Positions 53,501-64,000 of a stretch of 64,000 nt of DNA are shown here, piece after piece. Origin of the DNA: Escherichia coli. GTDB taxonomy: Bacteria > Pseudomonadota > Gammaproteobacteria > Enterobacterales > Enterobacteriaceae. The stretch lies in the NCBI RefSeq assembly GCF_011045215.1, contig NZ_CP049201.1; one strand, written 5' to 3'. Both the position numbers and the translations under genes were made by a program. The number at the start of each line of letters is the position of its first letter. Within the stretch, counting starts at the first letter, position 1. The notes beneath the pieces were generated by a model. That model had not been told where the DNA came from, did not search any database, and was given only the letters and a program-made list of their open reading frames with translations.

Positions 53501-54295
53501 AGCATCTGGGGTACGCGTCTGCGGCACGTTTGAACCCCAGGCGATGATGTAGCTGGAGTTGTACCAGTCAGCAGATTCCGGTACGTCAGTCTGCTCGCCC
53601 CAGGTTTGCGGCGACGCAGGAGGCAGGTCGCAGTACCAGTCGTAGAAGCTTAAGCAAGTACCGCCAATCAGCGAGAGATAGCGTGCACCCGATGCGTAAG
53701 AAACCATCGACATTGCCGGAATTGGCGAGAAACCAGCAACACGGTCCGGGCCGTAGTTTTTGATGGTGTAAACGTTAGATGCGGCGATCAGTTCGTTCAC
53801 CTCCTGCCAGGAAGAACGAACAAAACCACCGCGTCCACGCGCCTGCTTAAAGCTTTTCGCTTTATCGGCGTCTTCAATGATAGAAGCCCATGCCTCAACC
53901 GGATCGCTATGCAGCGCCTTCGCTTCACGCCACATTTTCATCAGGCGTTTGCGCATCATCGGGTATTTCAGGCGGTTGGCACTGTAAAGATACCAGGAGT
54001 AGCTGGCACCGCGCGGGCAGCCGCGAGGTTCATGGTTTGGCAGATCCGGACGGGTACGCGGATAGTCAGTCTGCTGGGTTTCCCAGGTGACCAGACCGTT
54101 TTTGACGTAGATTTTCCAGCTGCAGGAGCCGGTGCAGTTTACCCCGTGGGTAGAGCGGACGATTTTGTCATGCTGCCAACGCTGGCGATATCCATCCTCC
54201 CAGTCACGGTTGGTATTGAGAAGCTGGCCATGCCCATCGGCAAAGGTTTCACCCTTCTGTTTGAAGTAGCGAAACCGGTCCAGGAATTTACTCAT
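50552..54295 (-). CDS. narG: respiratory nitrate reductase alpha subunit
   Basis: 1247 aa molybdopterin oxidoreductase. Confidence 0.97.
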   Translation of the reverse strand: MSKFLDRFRYFKQKGETFADGHGQLLNTNRDWEDGYRQRWQHDKIVRSTHGVNCTGSCSWKIYVKNGLVTWETQQTDYPRTRPDLPNHEPRGCPRGASYSWYLYSANRLKYPMMRKRLMKMWREAKALHSDPVEAWASIIEDADKAKSFKQARGRGGFVRSSWQEVNELIAASNVYTIKNYGPDRVAGFSPIPAMSMVSYASGARYLSLIGGTCLSFYDWYCDLPPASPQTWGEQTDVPESADWYNSSYIIAWGSNVPQTRTPDAHFFTEVRYKGTKTVAVTPDYAEIAKLCDLWLAPKQGTDAAMALAMGHVMLREFHLDNPSQYFTDYVRRYTDMPMLVMLEERDGYYAAGRMLRAADLVDALGQENNPEWKTVAFNTNGEMVAPNGSIGFRWGEKGKWNLEQRDGKTGEETELQLSLLGSQDEIAEVGFPYFGGDGTEHFNKVELENVLLHKLPVKRLQLADGSTALVTTVYDLTLANYGLERGLNDVNCATSYDDVKAYTPAWAEQITGVSRSQIIRIAREFADNADKTHGRSMIIVGAGLNHWYHLDMNYRGLINMLIFCGCVGQSGGGWAHYVGQEKLRPQTGWQPLAFALDWQRPARHMNSTSYFYNHSSQWRYETVTAEELLSPMADKSRYTGHLIDFNVRAERMGWLPSAPQLGTNPLTIAGEAEKAGMNPVDYTVKSLKEGSIRFAAEQPENGKNHPRNLFIWRSNLLGSSGKGHEFMLKYLLGTEHGIQGKDLGQQGGVKPEEVDWQDNGLEGKLDLVVTLDFRLSSTCLYSDIILPTATWYEKDDMNTSDMHPFIHPLSAAVDPAWEAKSDWEIYKAIAKKFSEVCVGHLGKETDIVTLPIQHDSAAELAQPLDVKDWKKGECDLIPGKTAPHIMVVERDYPATYERFTSIGPLMEKIGNGGKGIAWNTQSEMDLLRKLNYTKAEGPAKGQPMLNTAIDAAEMILTLAPETNGQVAVKAWAALSEFTGRDHTHLALNKEDEKIRFRDIQAQPRKIISSPTWSGLEDEHVSYNAGYTNVHELIPWRTLSGRQQLYQDHQWMRDFGESLLVYRPPIDTRSVKEVIGQKSNGNPEKALNFLTPHQKWGIHSTYSDNLLMLTLGRGGPVVWLSEADAKDLGIADNDWIEVFNSNGALTARAVVSQRVPAGMTMMYHAQERIVNLPGSEITQQRGGIHNSVTRITPKPTHMIGGYAHLAYGFNYYGTVGSNRDEFVVVRKMKNIDWLDGEGNDQVQESVK

Positions 54296-54638
54296 CGGTT
54301 TTCTCCTGTGGGAGCCTGTCGGCCCTCTGATAAATCGACATTGCTAATGTTTAAGGGCAAGGTAACGCTCTGAAACAGCGTGGGAATTGATAACGATCAA
54401 GAGTGATGGGGATGAAAAATAAAGTAAATTCCTAAGATACCCCTTTAGGATAATTAACAGTTACAGCATAACATGCTGTAAATTAAGACGTTTTATACCT
54501 GTAGTTATTTAAACTATTAAGATTTTTATGCAAATGGGTATTAAGGAGTATTCCCCATGGGTAACATATTAATGGCTCTTAATGAAATCCGGCGAAATAA
54601 ACCATATAACATTAGTATGTTGTAACTAAATGACGCAT

Positions 54639-54665
54639 AAAAAAAGCGCGACATCATGCCGCGCA
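54639..54665 (-). terminator. rho-independent terminator of narK
   Basis: GCGCG...CGCGC hairpin with T-run on minus strand about 25 nt downstream of narK stop. Confidence 0.5.
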
Positions 54666-54687
54666 AAGGATAATCAAATATTAAGAT

Positions 54688-56079
54688 TTATTTTTTAGAA
54701 TGCCGACCATATACCGCCCAGGTAATCACTACGCAGGCGATATAGAAAATCAAAAATACCTTCATTGCGCCGACTGGCGAACCCGTTAATGCCAGCGAGC
54801 TACCAAATGCTTTCGGGATAAAGAAGCCACCAATCGCGCCAATCGCAGAGATGAAACCCAGGGCCGCCGCCGTGTCGGTTGCCGCTTCACGCATCGCACG
54901 CTCGTCAGAACCCCCTTCTGCTTTCACGCGATCCATTGTCAGTTTACGGAAGATCACTGAAATCATCTGGAAAGTGGAACCACTACCCAGCCCAGCTGTC
55001 AGGAACAGCGCCAGGAAGACCGCGAAGAACGCCATGAAGCTTCCGCCCTGCCCGTCAGTCGGTAAGGTCAGGAACAGCAGGCCGCTGAAAATCGCCATCA
55101 GAATAAAGTTCACCAGCGTGACACGAGTTCCGCCCAGACGGTCAGATAATGCACCACCTGCAGAACGCGCCAGCGCACCAATAAACGGCCCGAAGAAAGC
55201 GTATTGCAGAATCTGAACATCCGGGAACTGCGTTTTTGACAGCATCGCAAAGCCCGCGGAGAAGCCGATAAAGGAGCCGAAGGTTGCCAGATACAGCAGG
55301 CTCATAATCCACAGATGACCCCGTTTGAGTACCGGCAACTGCTCCTTGATGGAGGCTTTCGAGGTAGCAAGATCGTTCATGCCAAACCACGCCGCAATGG
55401 TGAAGATGGCAAGGAACGGCACCCATATCCAGGACGCATTCGCCAGATACAGCTCAGTCCCATCCGGCTGTTTGACGCCCTGGCTACCAAATACTGCGAA
55501 AATCGACAGTGATACCACCAGCGGAGCAACCAACTGCATGACGCTGACGCCCATGTTGCCCAGACCACCATTCAGACCCAGCGCGCCACCCTGCTTCTGT
55601 TTCGGAAAGAAGAAGCTGATGTTTGCCATACTGGAAGCGAAGTTCGCGCCAGCAAAGCCGCACAGCAGAGAGATGATGATGAAGACGCTATAAGGCGTGG
55701 AGGTATCCTGCACGGCAAAACCCAGCCAGACACAAGGAATAATCAGAATACCGGTGCTGAACGCCGTCCAGCGACGACCACCGAAGATAGGAACCATAAA
55801 GGAGTATGGAACACGTAATAACGCGCCAGAAACCGAAGGCAGCGCAGTCAACATAAATAGCTGATCGGTCGTAAAATTAAAACCGACTTTCGGTAAGTTC
55901 ACCGCAACAGCGCTGAACAACATCCATACGCAAAACGCCAGCAGCAGACAGGGAACGGAAATCCACAGGTTGCGGCTGGCAATACGTTGACCGCGTTGTT
56001 GCCAGAACGCAGGATCTTCCGGTCGCCAATCTGTAATGACAGCTCCAGTAGCCCTTTCGGGGGCGGATGAGTGACTCAT
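54688..56079 (-). CDS. narK: nitrate/nitrite transporter NarK
   Basis: MFS transporter; ATG at 56077-56079 preceded by GAGGTG gives the 463-aa product; track ORF begins two codons earlier at GTG. Confidence 0.9.
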   Translation of the reverse strand: MSHSSAPERATGAVITDWRPEDPAFWQQRGQRIASRNLWISVPCLLLAFCVWMLFSAVAVNLPKVGFNFTTDQLFMLTALPSVSGALLRVPYSFMVPIFGGRRWTAFSTGILIIPCVWLGFAVQDTSTPYSVFIIISLLCGFAGANFASSMANISFFFPKQKQGGALGLNGGLGNMGVSVMQLVAPLVVSLSIFAVFGSQGVKQPDGTELYLANASWIWVPFLAIFTIAAWFGMNDLATSKASIKEQLPVLKRGHLWIMSLLYLATFGSFIGFSAGFAMLSKTQFPDVQILQYAFFGPFIGALARSAGGALSDRLGGTRVTLVNFILMAIFSGLLFLTLPTDGQGGSFMAFFAVFLALFLTAGLGSGSTFQMISVIFRKLTMDRVKAEGGSDERAMREAATDTAAALGFISAIGAIGGFFIPKAFGSSLALTGSPVGAMKVFLIFYIACVVITWAVYGRHSKK

Positions 56080-56417
56080 AGACACCTCTGATACTCGTTT
56101 CGATGTCTGCCACCTTAGTGTCTGTAGCTAAAGGCAATTTGATGTAAATCAAACGATAAGATAACTTTATCTATCATTGATATTTATCATTACCCATAGT
56201 GAGTACAGTGATTTCATAAAAATTATGAGATTTTTCACGGTGCTGTAGAATCCCTACCCTTACCGATGTAAAGCGACTAACCACACGGCAAATAAGGAGT
56301 AACTCTTTCCGGGTATGGGTATACTTCAGCCAATAGCCGAGAATACTGCCATTCCAGAATGTATCGTCACATTCATTAAGGTTATTGCTCATTTAAAGCC
56401 TGAAGGAAGAGGTTTAC

Positions 56418-58214
56418 ATGCTTAAACGTTGTCTCTCTCCGCTCACCCTGGTTAATCAGGTTGCGCTTATTGTGTTGCTTTCTACTGCTATTGGACTGGC
56501 AGGGATGGCGGTTTCTGGCTGGCTGGTGCAAGGCGTTCAGGGCAGCGCCCATGCGATCAACAAAGCGGGATCGCTGCGCATGCAAAGTTACCGTCTGTTG
56601 GCGGCAGTTCCATTAAGCGAGAAAGACAAGCCCTTAATTAAAGAGATGGAACAAACGGCATTTAGCGCCGAGTTGACTCGAGCAGCAGAACGAGACGGAC
56701 AACTGGCGCAATTACAAGGTTTACAAGATTACTGGCGTAATGAACTGATCCCTGCGCTGATGCGTGCACAAAACCGAGAAACGGTGTCAGCGGATGTCAG
56801 CCAGTTTGTTGCCGGGCTTGATCAGCTGGTATCTGGTTTTGACCGCACCACGGAAATGCGCATTGAGACAGTGGTACTGGTCCATCGGGTAATGGCGGTA
56901 TTTATGGCACTTTTACTGGTGTTCACTATTATCTGGTTGCGGGCGCGACTGCTACAACCGTGGCGGCAACTGCTGGCAATGGCGAGTGCCGTCAGCCATC
57001 GCGATTTTACCCAACGCGCAAACATCAGCGGGCGCAACGAAATGGCGATGCTTGGAACTGCGTTGAACAATATGTCTGCAGAACTGGCCGAAAGTTATGC
57101 CGTACTTGAGCAGCGGGTTCAGGAGAAAACCGCCGGGCTGGAGCATAAAAATCAGATCCTCTCTTTTTTATGGCAGGCTAACCGCCGTTTGCATTCCCGC
57201 GCCCCGCTGTGTGAACGCCTGTCACCTGTACTCAACGGCTTACAGAATTTAACCCTGCTACGTGATATCGAACTGCGGGTGTATGACACTGATGATGAAG
57301 AGAATCATCAGGAGTTTACCTGCCAGCCAGATATGACTTGTGATGATAAAGGCTGCCAGCTCTGCCCGCGCGGCGTATTACCCGTTGGTGATCGCGGCAC
57401 GACCCTGAAGTGGCGGCTGGCTGACTCTCATACGCAGTACGGTATTTTGCTGGCGACCCTGCCGCAGGGGCGTCATCTTAGCCATGATCAACAACAACTG
57501 GTGGATACCCTGGTTGAACAACTCACCGCCACGCTGGCGCTGGATCGGCATCAGGAACGTCAGCAACAGTTGATCGTGATGGAAGAGCGTGCCACCATTG
57601 CGCGCGAACTGCATGATTCTATTGCCCAATCTCTCTCTTGCATGAAGATGCAGGTGAGTTGTTTACAGATGCAGGGCGATGCGCTGCCAGAAAGCAGCCG
57701 CGAACTGTTAAGTCAGATCCGTAACGAACTGAATGCATCCTGGGCGCAGTTGCGTGAATTGCTCACCACATTCCGCTTGCAGCTCACCGAGCCTGGATTA
57801 CGTCCGGCGCTGGAGGCGAGTTGCGAAGAGTACAGCGCCAAATTTGGCTTCCCGGTGAAGCTGGATTATCAATTGCCGCCTCGTCTGGTGCCTTCGCATC
57901 AGGCAATCCACTTGTTGCAAATTGCCCGTGAGGCATTAAGTAACGCCCTCAAACATTCGCAAGCGAGTGAAGTCGTGGTGACGGTGGCGCAAAACGATAA
58001 TCAGGTCAAACTGACCGTCCAGGATAACGGCTGCGGCGTGCCTGAAAATGCCATCCGCAGCAATCACTACGGCATGATAATAATGCGCGACCGTGCGCAA
58101 AGTTTACGAGGCGATTGCCGCGTCCGCCGTCGTGAATCAGGTGGCACCGAAGTGGTGGTCACCTTTATTCCCGAAAAAACTTTCACAGACGTCCAAGGAG
58201 ATACCCATGAGTAA
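56418..58214 (+). CDS. narX: nitrate/nitrite sensor histidine kinase NarX
   Basis: 598 aa, HAMP and histidine kinase regions. Confidence 0.95.
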
Positions 58215-58857
58215 TCAGGAACCGGCTACTATCCTGCTGATTGACGATCACCCGATGCTGCGAACTGGCGTAAAACAGCTTATCAGTATGGCACCAGATA
58301 TCACCGTGGTTGGCGAAGCGAGTAATGGCGAACAGGGTATTGAACTGGCGGAGTCTCTTGATCCCGATCTGATCCTGTTAGATCTCAATATGCCCGGCAT
58401 GAACGGTCTGGAAACGCTGGATAAACTGCGCGAAAAGTCCCTCTCAGGGCGCATTGTGGTATTCAGCGTCTCTAACCATGAAGAAGATGTGGTCACCGCA
58501 CTGAAACGCGGCGCGGATGGCTATCTGTTAAAAGATATGGAACCGGAAGATCTGCTGAAAGCATTGCATCAGGCAGCTGCTGGCGAAATGGTATTAAGCG
58601 AAGCATTAACGCCTGTTCTGGCCGCCAGCTTGCGCGCTAACCGTGCCACGACTGAGCGCGATGTTAACCAGTTAACCCCACGCGAGCGCGATATTCTCAA
58701 GCTGATTGCCCAGGGTTTGCCGAACAAGATGATTGCCCGCCGCCTGGACATCACCGAAAGCACAGTAAAAGTGCACGTCAAGCACATGCTGAAGAAAATG
58801 AAGCTCAAGTCTCGCGTGGAAGCAGCGGTATGGGTGCATCAGGAGCGCATTTTCTGA
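58207..58857 (+). CDS. narL: nitrate/nitrite response regulator NarL
   Basis: 216 aa from internal ATG ([19 protein letters not shown]), overlaps narX stop. Confidence 0.95.
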
Positions 58858-60252
58858 TTACGGTTCCCAGCGCAGTTCGTCGTTTGACAATGCGTCGAAC
58901 GGTTCGACAAGCGTTAGCGTGATCTCATTGGAGGAGACACGCTGCCCCTGGTTATCTTCCACCACCACCGACAATCGCCAGTGATTGCTCGCCCCTTCCC
59001 CGTTCTGCCAGTCAGGCATGATCAGCGTCCAGCCCTCCGCGCTGTTGGCTTGTGCGCCCGGCGTCAAACTTAATATCTGCGTATCGCCCTGCCAAATCAG
59101 TTGCCGAATACCGTAACGACTGCGGATTTGTAATTTCAGCGGCACTGTTTCGCCAGGTTTTAAATCCCACGGCGGTGTCGCCAGAAACACCGTTAACGTT
59201 TTTCGCTGTCGGTACTCAAGAGTCGGTAGATTATTTCGCTGCGGATTATCATAGCGACTACCACGTAACGACTGACTTTCGGCAACCTCGCCCGCAGAAA
59301 GTTGTTTTTTGAGCGGTACACCAAAGCGGTAATTAAGATTCAGCCCGAGGTTATTTTGATTCTCGCCACTTTCACCCTGTTTATGCTGGGCCGTCACAGT
59401 GACTAATGGCACAGGGGTGTAATTTAATCCCAGACTCAACGCGACGGGATTGTGATAACCCGTACCAGAGTTAAACAAATCAACACGATCACCAAAATAC
59501 TGTTCTACGCTGACACTGGTATTGAGGTGTTGATAGAACGGCATGCGCATCCGGGCTGTCAGGTCGTACCCGCGCGCCATCCGTTGTTCCTGCGTGGCTG
59601 TCTGTTCATGCCATGCAGCAAATGGCTGATAAAAGTTTGCCGATAGTCGCAAATATTCGCCCCACGCTTCGGCACCAAAGCCCGCTCGCTGAAGATTTTC
59701 GTCCATCAAGTTGTCATAAAAAGTGTTATAACCCACCAGCCAGTTGCCGCGCGCCCAGCGTTGCCCAACGCCCACATTGCTCACCAACCCATCATCCTGC
59801 TGAGTAAGACCAAGCTGGCTCCAGGTGAGATAACGATCATTATCTTGTAACGGCACAAACCAGCTTCCACGACTGCCGGTAAAATGACCTTCGTTATCCA
59901 CTTTGACGTCAACACTGGCATTTCCCCACGGTGATAGCCAGGACTCTACGTGCTGATTAACCTGTTGACTAAGCGCGTCGCGGACTTTTCCCAATGCGAA
60001 AGCTTTTGCCTGCTCGCCAGTATCCAGCCCGTTATCATTCATACTGGTTTCGCCGAAATCTTTCACAATTTCAGCAAAGTGTTTTTCCCCATCATGATTT
60101 TCAGGTGCCATGCCTAAATCCGGCAGACCATCATTGTTATTATCAAAGGGATTTGCCGCTTTTTGCTCGAAGGTAGATTGTGCGTTAGCTGTACCGCCTG
60201 CCGCCAGCAAGAGTAAATAAAACGGAATAATGCGAGGAACGAAACGGCTCAA
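58858..60252 (-). CDS. ychO: invasin/intimin-like outer membrane protein YchO
   Basis: 464-aa ORF with signal peptide, conserved position beside narL. Confidence 0.8.
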   Translation of the reverse strand: MSRFVPRIIPFYLLLLAAGGTANAQSTFEQKAANPFDNNNDGLPDLGMAPENHDGEKHFAEIVKDFGETSMNDNGLDTGEQAKAFALGKVRDALSQQVNQHVESWLSPWGNASVDVKVDNEGHFTGSRGSWFVPLQDNDRYLTWSQLGLTQQDDGLVSNVGVGQRWARGNWLVGYNTFYDNLMDENLQRAGFGAEAWGEYLRLSANFYQPFAAWHEQTATQEQRMARGYDLTARMRMPFYQHLNTSVSVEQYFGDRVDLFNSGTGYHNPVALSLGLNYTPVPLVTVTAQHKQGESGENQNNLGLNLNYRFGVPLKKQLSAGEVAESQSLRGSRYDNPQRNNLPTLEYRQRKTLTVFLATPPWDLKPGETVPLKLQIRSRYGIRQLIWQGDTQILSLTPGAQANSAEGWTLIMPDWQNGEGASNHWRLSVVVEDNQGQRVSSNEITLTLVEPFDALSNDELRWEP

Positions 60253-60274
60253 AACGTCGGTAACTTCCGGTAAT

Positions 60275-60314
<40 letters not shown>

Positions 60315-60315
60315 A

Positions 60316-60419
<104 letters not shown>

Positions 60420-60436
60420 GAATACAGGAGTAAATA

Positions 60437-60790
60437 ATGCAAAAAATCGTGATCGTTGCCAATGGCGCACCTTACGGGAGCGAATCCTTGTTTAACAGCT
60501 TGCGGCTGGCCATTGCGTTACGAGAGCAGGAGAGCAATCTGGATCTGCGTCTCTTCCTGATGTCTGATGCGGTCACAGCCGGGTTGCGCGGGCAAAAACC
60601 AGGGGAAGGCTACAACATTCAGCAAATGCTGGAGATCCTTACCGCTCAGAATGTACCGGTGAAATTGTGCAAAACCTGTACCGACGGGCGCGGGATTAGT
60701 ACACTTCCTCTGATTGATGGGGTGGAAATCGGTACTCTTGTGGAACTGGCGCAATGGACGCTGTCAGCCGATAAAGTGCTCACATTTTAA
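60437..60790 (+). CDS. ychN: DsrE/DsrF-family protein YchN
   Basis: 117 aa. Confidence 0.9.
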   Translation: MQKIVIVANGAPYGSESLFNSLRLAIALREQESNLDLRLFLMSDAVTAGLRGQKPGEGYNIQQMLEILTAQNVPVKLCKTCTDGRGISTLPLIDGVEIGTLVELAQWTLSADKVLTF

Positions 60791-60833
60791 TGTTTGAGGG
60801 GGCGTCTGACGCCCCACGATGAGGGAAGTTTAC

Positions 60834-61529
60834 TCAGGCGAATCCCGGCCGTAACACACCATCCGGAAAATTCTCCGCCAGCAGTTTTTTTACCGATACC
60901 AGCAAATCATTCAGCCCATCGTCCTGCATTCCCAGTTTGATAAGCTCCTGTTCCAGTGAAAACAGGTATTGTGCGTTGGTTCCCAGCGGACCGCTCGCCG
61001 CCGCAATCAACGGCGCGATGACCTGAGCGCGAGTGTCAGATTCATATTCTGGATGTCGCGGGTCCATAATAAACACAATGGCGTTTACTGTGCGTCCATC
61101 ATCAAGATCAAGCTGACACCAGGTTGGCAGATAACAGCCGGTAATCATCTCGCGCTTCCACAACAGGGTTAGTTCCTGCTCCAGCGTCTCTTCTGGCAGT
61201 CGATAGGCGACGCCTGTGGTACGTCCGCCCTCTTTCAGTGCAAGCATCCGTCCCGGCTGGTGCGCAGTCCCGCGCCCAGCGGTCAGGCGCAGGCAAAACG
61301 CGCGATGCCATCCAACCAGTGTACCGGTGCACGACTCGGTAAACTCCAGTGCCGGATTCCACATCAACGATCCATAACCGAAGATCCACACCGGTCCCTC
61401 ATCAGGTCGACAAGCCAGCGTCGCCGCCAGCGAAGCCGCCCGTTGTTCTGCTGACCATAAGAGTGATTCTTCAATGGCACCAAATGCCGTTTTACAATCG
61501 GCATTCATCAAGAAATCACGCGTTATCAC
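60834..61529 (-). CDS. chaC: glutathione-specific gamma-glutamylcyclotransferase ChaC
   Basis: GTG start (..ITRDFLMNADCK) gives the expected 231-aa product. Confidence 0.85.
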   Translation of the reverse strand: MITRDFLMNADCKTAFGAIEESLLWSAEQRAASLAATLACRPDEGPVWIFGYGSLMWNPALEFTESCTGTLVGWHRAFCLRLTAGRGTAHQPGRMLALKEGGRTTGVAYRLPEETLEQELTLLWKREMITGCYLPTWCQLDLDDGRTVNAIVFIMDPRHPEYESDTRAQVIAPLIAAASGPLGTNAQYLFSLEQELIKLGMQDDGLNDLLVSVKKLLAENFPDGVLRPGFA

Positions 61530-61686
61530 CTTACACCTCCGCCACTGCATACTTCCCTGCGACAACTATTTGGTGTCTTCCGGACATTTTTACTGCTCAT
61601 TTTGAAACCACTAACGGGACAATATGCAATCCGCGGACCACTTGCAAGGCAACACCGCACGAATAGCTTTAACTAAGCTACCGGTT

Positions 61687-61917
61687 TTACGATTTTTTAT
61701 GCCATTTATCATCATCCCCTTTGGCATATTCATGCTTCACAGCAGCCCAGGCCACTTTATGCGCGGTTTCTTCGCGACTGGCGTCATCACGCCGATCTTC
61801 TTTATCTTTATATTGATCCCATGCGCTGTTGAACGCTTCTTTATAGATATCCTGGGCATGAGACGGTAGAACGTGCTTTACGCTTTCCGGCAGGTCGCTT
61901 TTCGTTTTATACGGCAT
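61687..61917 (-). CDS. chaB: cation transport regulator ChaB
   Basis: 76 aa. Confidence 0.9.
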   Translation of the reverse strand: MPYKTKSDLPESVKHVLPSHAQDIYKEAFNSAWDQYKDKEDRRDDASREETAHKVAWAAVKHEYAKGDDDKWHKKS

Positions 61918-62186
61918 CGTTGACTCCTTTTACAAAGTTGAACATTAAGTGTGGTCAACAATATCTACTCTTGCCAAAACATAAGAATTTTCGTGTCAGA
62001 CTGTTCTTAAGAAACGCTAAAACAAACATTGTCTAAACGTATTACTTATTTTTATGCCCCAATGAGTAAAAAATCGACAGCGGGGTAAAATTTCGTAAAA
62101 TGTTACCGATATCCAGACACTTTCTGTTATTTTTCCTACCTATTTTTTACATTTTCGACAAATTCATCTGCAAAGGGATAACCATA

Positions 62187-63287
62187 ATGTCAAATGCTCA
62201 AGAGGCGGTGAAAACCCGCCACAAGGAGACTTCGCTTATTTTCCCGGTTCTGGCGCTGGTAGTGCTGTTCCTGTGGGGAAGCAGCCAGACACTACCAGTG
62301 GTCATTGCCATCAATCTTCTTGCGCTTATTGGTATTTTAAGTAGCGCCTTTAGTGTTGTCCGTCATGCGGACGTATTAGCCCATCGCCTGGGAGAACCTT
62401 ACGGTTCGCTTATTCTTAGCCTTTCAGTGGTTATTCTTGAAGTCAGTTTGATTTCAGCTTTAATGGCAACCGGCGACGCCGCGCCAACGCTAATGCGTGA
62501 TACGCTCTATTCAATCATTATGATTGTTACCGGTGGGCTGGTTGGCTTTTCATTATTGTTGGGCGGTCGTAAGTTTGCCACCCAATATATGAATCTGTTT
62601 GGTATCAAGCAGTATTTAATTGCGCTGTTCCCCCTGGCGATAATCGTACTGGTATTTCCAATGGCTCTGCCTGCGGCGAATTTTTCAACCGGTCAGGCGT
62701 TACTGGTAGCATTAATTTCTGCGGCAATGTATGGCGTATTTTTGCTGATCCAGACCAAAACGCATCAAAGTTTGTTTGTCTACGAGCACGAAGATGACAG
62801 TGATGACGACGACCCGCACCACGGTAAACCGTCTGCCCATAGCAGCCTGTGGCATGCTATCTGGTTGATTATCCACCTGATTGCCGTTATTGCAGTCACC
62901 AAAATGAACGCCAGCCCGCTGGAGACTTTGCTCGACAGCATGAATGCCCCTGTCGCCTTTACTGGCTTCCTGGTGGCACTGTTGATTCTGTCGCCGGAAG
63001 GTTTAGGTGCATTAAAAGCAGTGTTGAACAACCAGGTCCAGCGCGCGATGAATCTGTTCTTTGGTTCAGTGTTAGCAACAATTTCGCTTACCGTACCTGT
63101 CGTCACGCTAATTGCATTTATGACGGGTAACGAATTGCAGTTTGCACTTGGTGCGCCAGAAATGGTGGTGATGGTGGCCTCTTTAGTGCTGTGCCATATC
63201 TCCTTCTCCACCGGACGTACTAACGTGCTCAATGGCGCAGCGCATCTGGCACTGTTTGCCGCCTATTTGATGACGATATTTGCCTGA
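62187..63287 (+). CDS. chaA: Na+(K+)/H+ and Ca2+/H+ antiporter ChaA
   Basis: 366-aa product from internal ATG (MSNAQEAVKTRHK); polytopic. Confidence 0.9.
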   Translation: MSNAQEAVKTRHKETSLIFPVLALVVLFLWGSSQTLPVVIAINLLALIGILSSAFSVVRHADVLAHRLGEPYGSLILSLSVVILEVSLISALMATGDAAPTLMRDTLYSIIMIVTGGLVGFSLLLGGRKFATQYMNLFGIKQYLIALFPLAIIVLVFPMALPAANFSTGQALLVALISAAMYGVFLLIQTKTHQSLFVYEHEDDSDDDDPHHGKPSAHSSLWHAIWLIIHLIAVIAVTKMNASPLETLLDSMNAPVAFTGFLVALLILSPEGLGALKAVLNNQVQRAMNLFFGSVLATISLTVPVVTLIAFMTGNELQFALGAPEMVVMVASLVLCHISFSTGRTNVLNGAAHLALFAAYLMTIFA

Positions 63288-63691
63288 CAGTTATATCTCC
63301 TCCGATGACGGAAATCGGGGGAGATAATATAAATTCCTGCTTATTGTATTTCTTCATACTACCTGGACAGGTCGTTAATCAGAATTGCGAGCCTGTACCA
63401 CAACCTGCACGAATCCACTGCAACAGCTGTTGAAAAGCCGGAATGTACTCTTCATTGCAAACATTTCAGGGATGAAGTGAAGATGAATTGAGACGTAGTA
63501 TCCACACCAAGCCGGCGTTATCCGGTGAGGCGCAATGTTGCGGGGGCTTTATCCCTGGTGGCATTGGTTGCTGGAAAGAGAAAACCCCCGCACGTTGAGA
63601 GGTAAAACCTGACAACAGAACGGGGGCTAATCTTGAAACCAGACACTTCAAGAATAGCCGCAAAATGTTGTCATTACAACAAGGCGGCTAT

Positions 63692-63799
63692 ATGACGCTC
63701 GCGCAGTTTGCCATGACTTTCTGGCACGACCTGGCGGCACCGATCCTGGCGGGAATTATTACCGCAGCGATTGTCGGCTGGTGGCGTAACCGGAAGTAA
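63692..63799 (+). CDS. ldr: Ldr-family type I toxin peptide (35 aa)
   Basis: Hand-translated MTLAQFAMTFWHDLAAPILAGIITAAIVGWWRNRK; AAGG 7 nt upstream; sits inside a long direct repeat. Confidence 0.85.
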   Translation: MTLAQFAMTFWHDLAAPILAGIITAAIVGWWRNRK

Positions 63800-63957
63800 G
63801 GTGAAAACGGGCGTCAGGCTGCCGTGATGGCAATATGCGCCCGAAACCGGCCGCAGGGGTAACAGCCTGCGGCCATTTTTGTCTTTATCACTTCCACAAG
63901 TAAATATTGGCAACCCGAGCTGGAAGCATCATCCAGAGCACTCATGAAACGACTGTA

Positions 63958-64000
63958 ACAGCTGTTGAAAAACCGGAATGCACTCTTCATTGCAAACATT
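63958..64000. repeat. start of next long-direct-repeat (LDR) unit
   Basis: ACAGCTGTTGAAAAaCCGGAATGcACTCTTCATTGCAAACATT repeats 63424-63466 with 2 mismatches at a 534-bp offset. Confidence 0.7.

Noticed and set aside
50999-53533. Two long plus-strand ORFs (437 and 387 aa) inside narG
   Set aside because: Entirely antisense to the conserved narG gene; R/H/F/V-rich composition typical of antisense frames; no independent start signals.

Overview
Read by eye from the sequence and the ORF track; no searches were run, so every family assignment is from recognised motifs and remembered sequences. The window is Escherichia coli chromosome in two parts. Positions 1-22351 are the integrase-proximal arm of a lambdoid prophage inserted at the 3' end of ompW; its other end lies beyond position 1. 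Order from the left: lysis cassette, a cargo slot between the lysis genes and Q (pseudo-tRNA, orphan DNA methyltransferase, small DNA-binding ORF, a divergent AT-rich 336-codon gene), Q, RusA, DUF968/YdfU-like, hok/mok, small nin-region ORFs, DnaC-like loader, O-like initiator with iterons, YdaT-like, Cro/YdaS-like, divergent repressor, small early-left ORFs, an 811-aa exonuclease, xis and int. The layout is a Rac-like early region joined to a Qin/DLP12-like Q region. Positions 22352-64000 are K-12-like backbone in reverse orientation: ompW, yciCBA, tonB, yciI, kch, yciY, clsA, yciU, oppFDCBA, ychE, adhE, tdk, hns, galU, rssBA, ychJ, purU, one tRNA-Tyr, narIJHG, narK, narXL, ychO, ychN, chaCBA and an ldr/rdl repeat. 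The best candidate for an undescribed system is the AT-rich, TTG-initiated 336-aa gene with its divergent small regulator at 3388-4913. Other items worth a second look: a glyT-like pseudo-tRNA, a 16-bp inverted repeat with terminator hairpins upstream of the holin, 11-bp-period iterons in the O-like gene, an ORF pair of ambiguous strand at 13392-14040, an in-frame TAA splitting a zinc-ribbon gene, and a triple TTTTGCAGAG repeat at the int/ompW junction. No CRISPR array or rRNA was seen.
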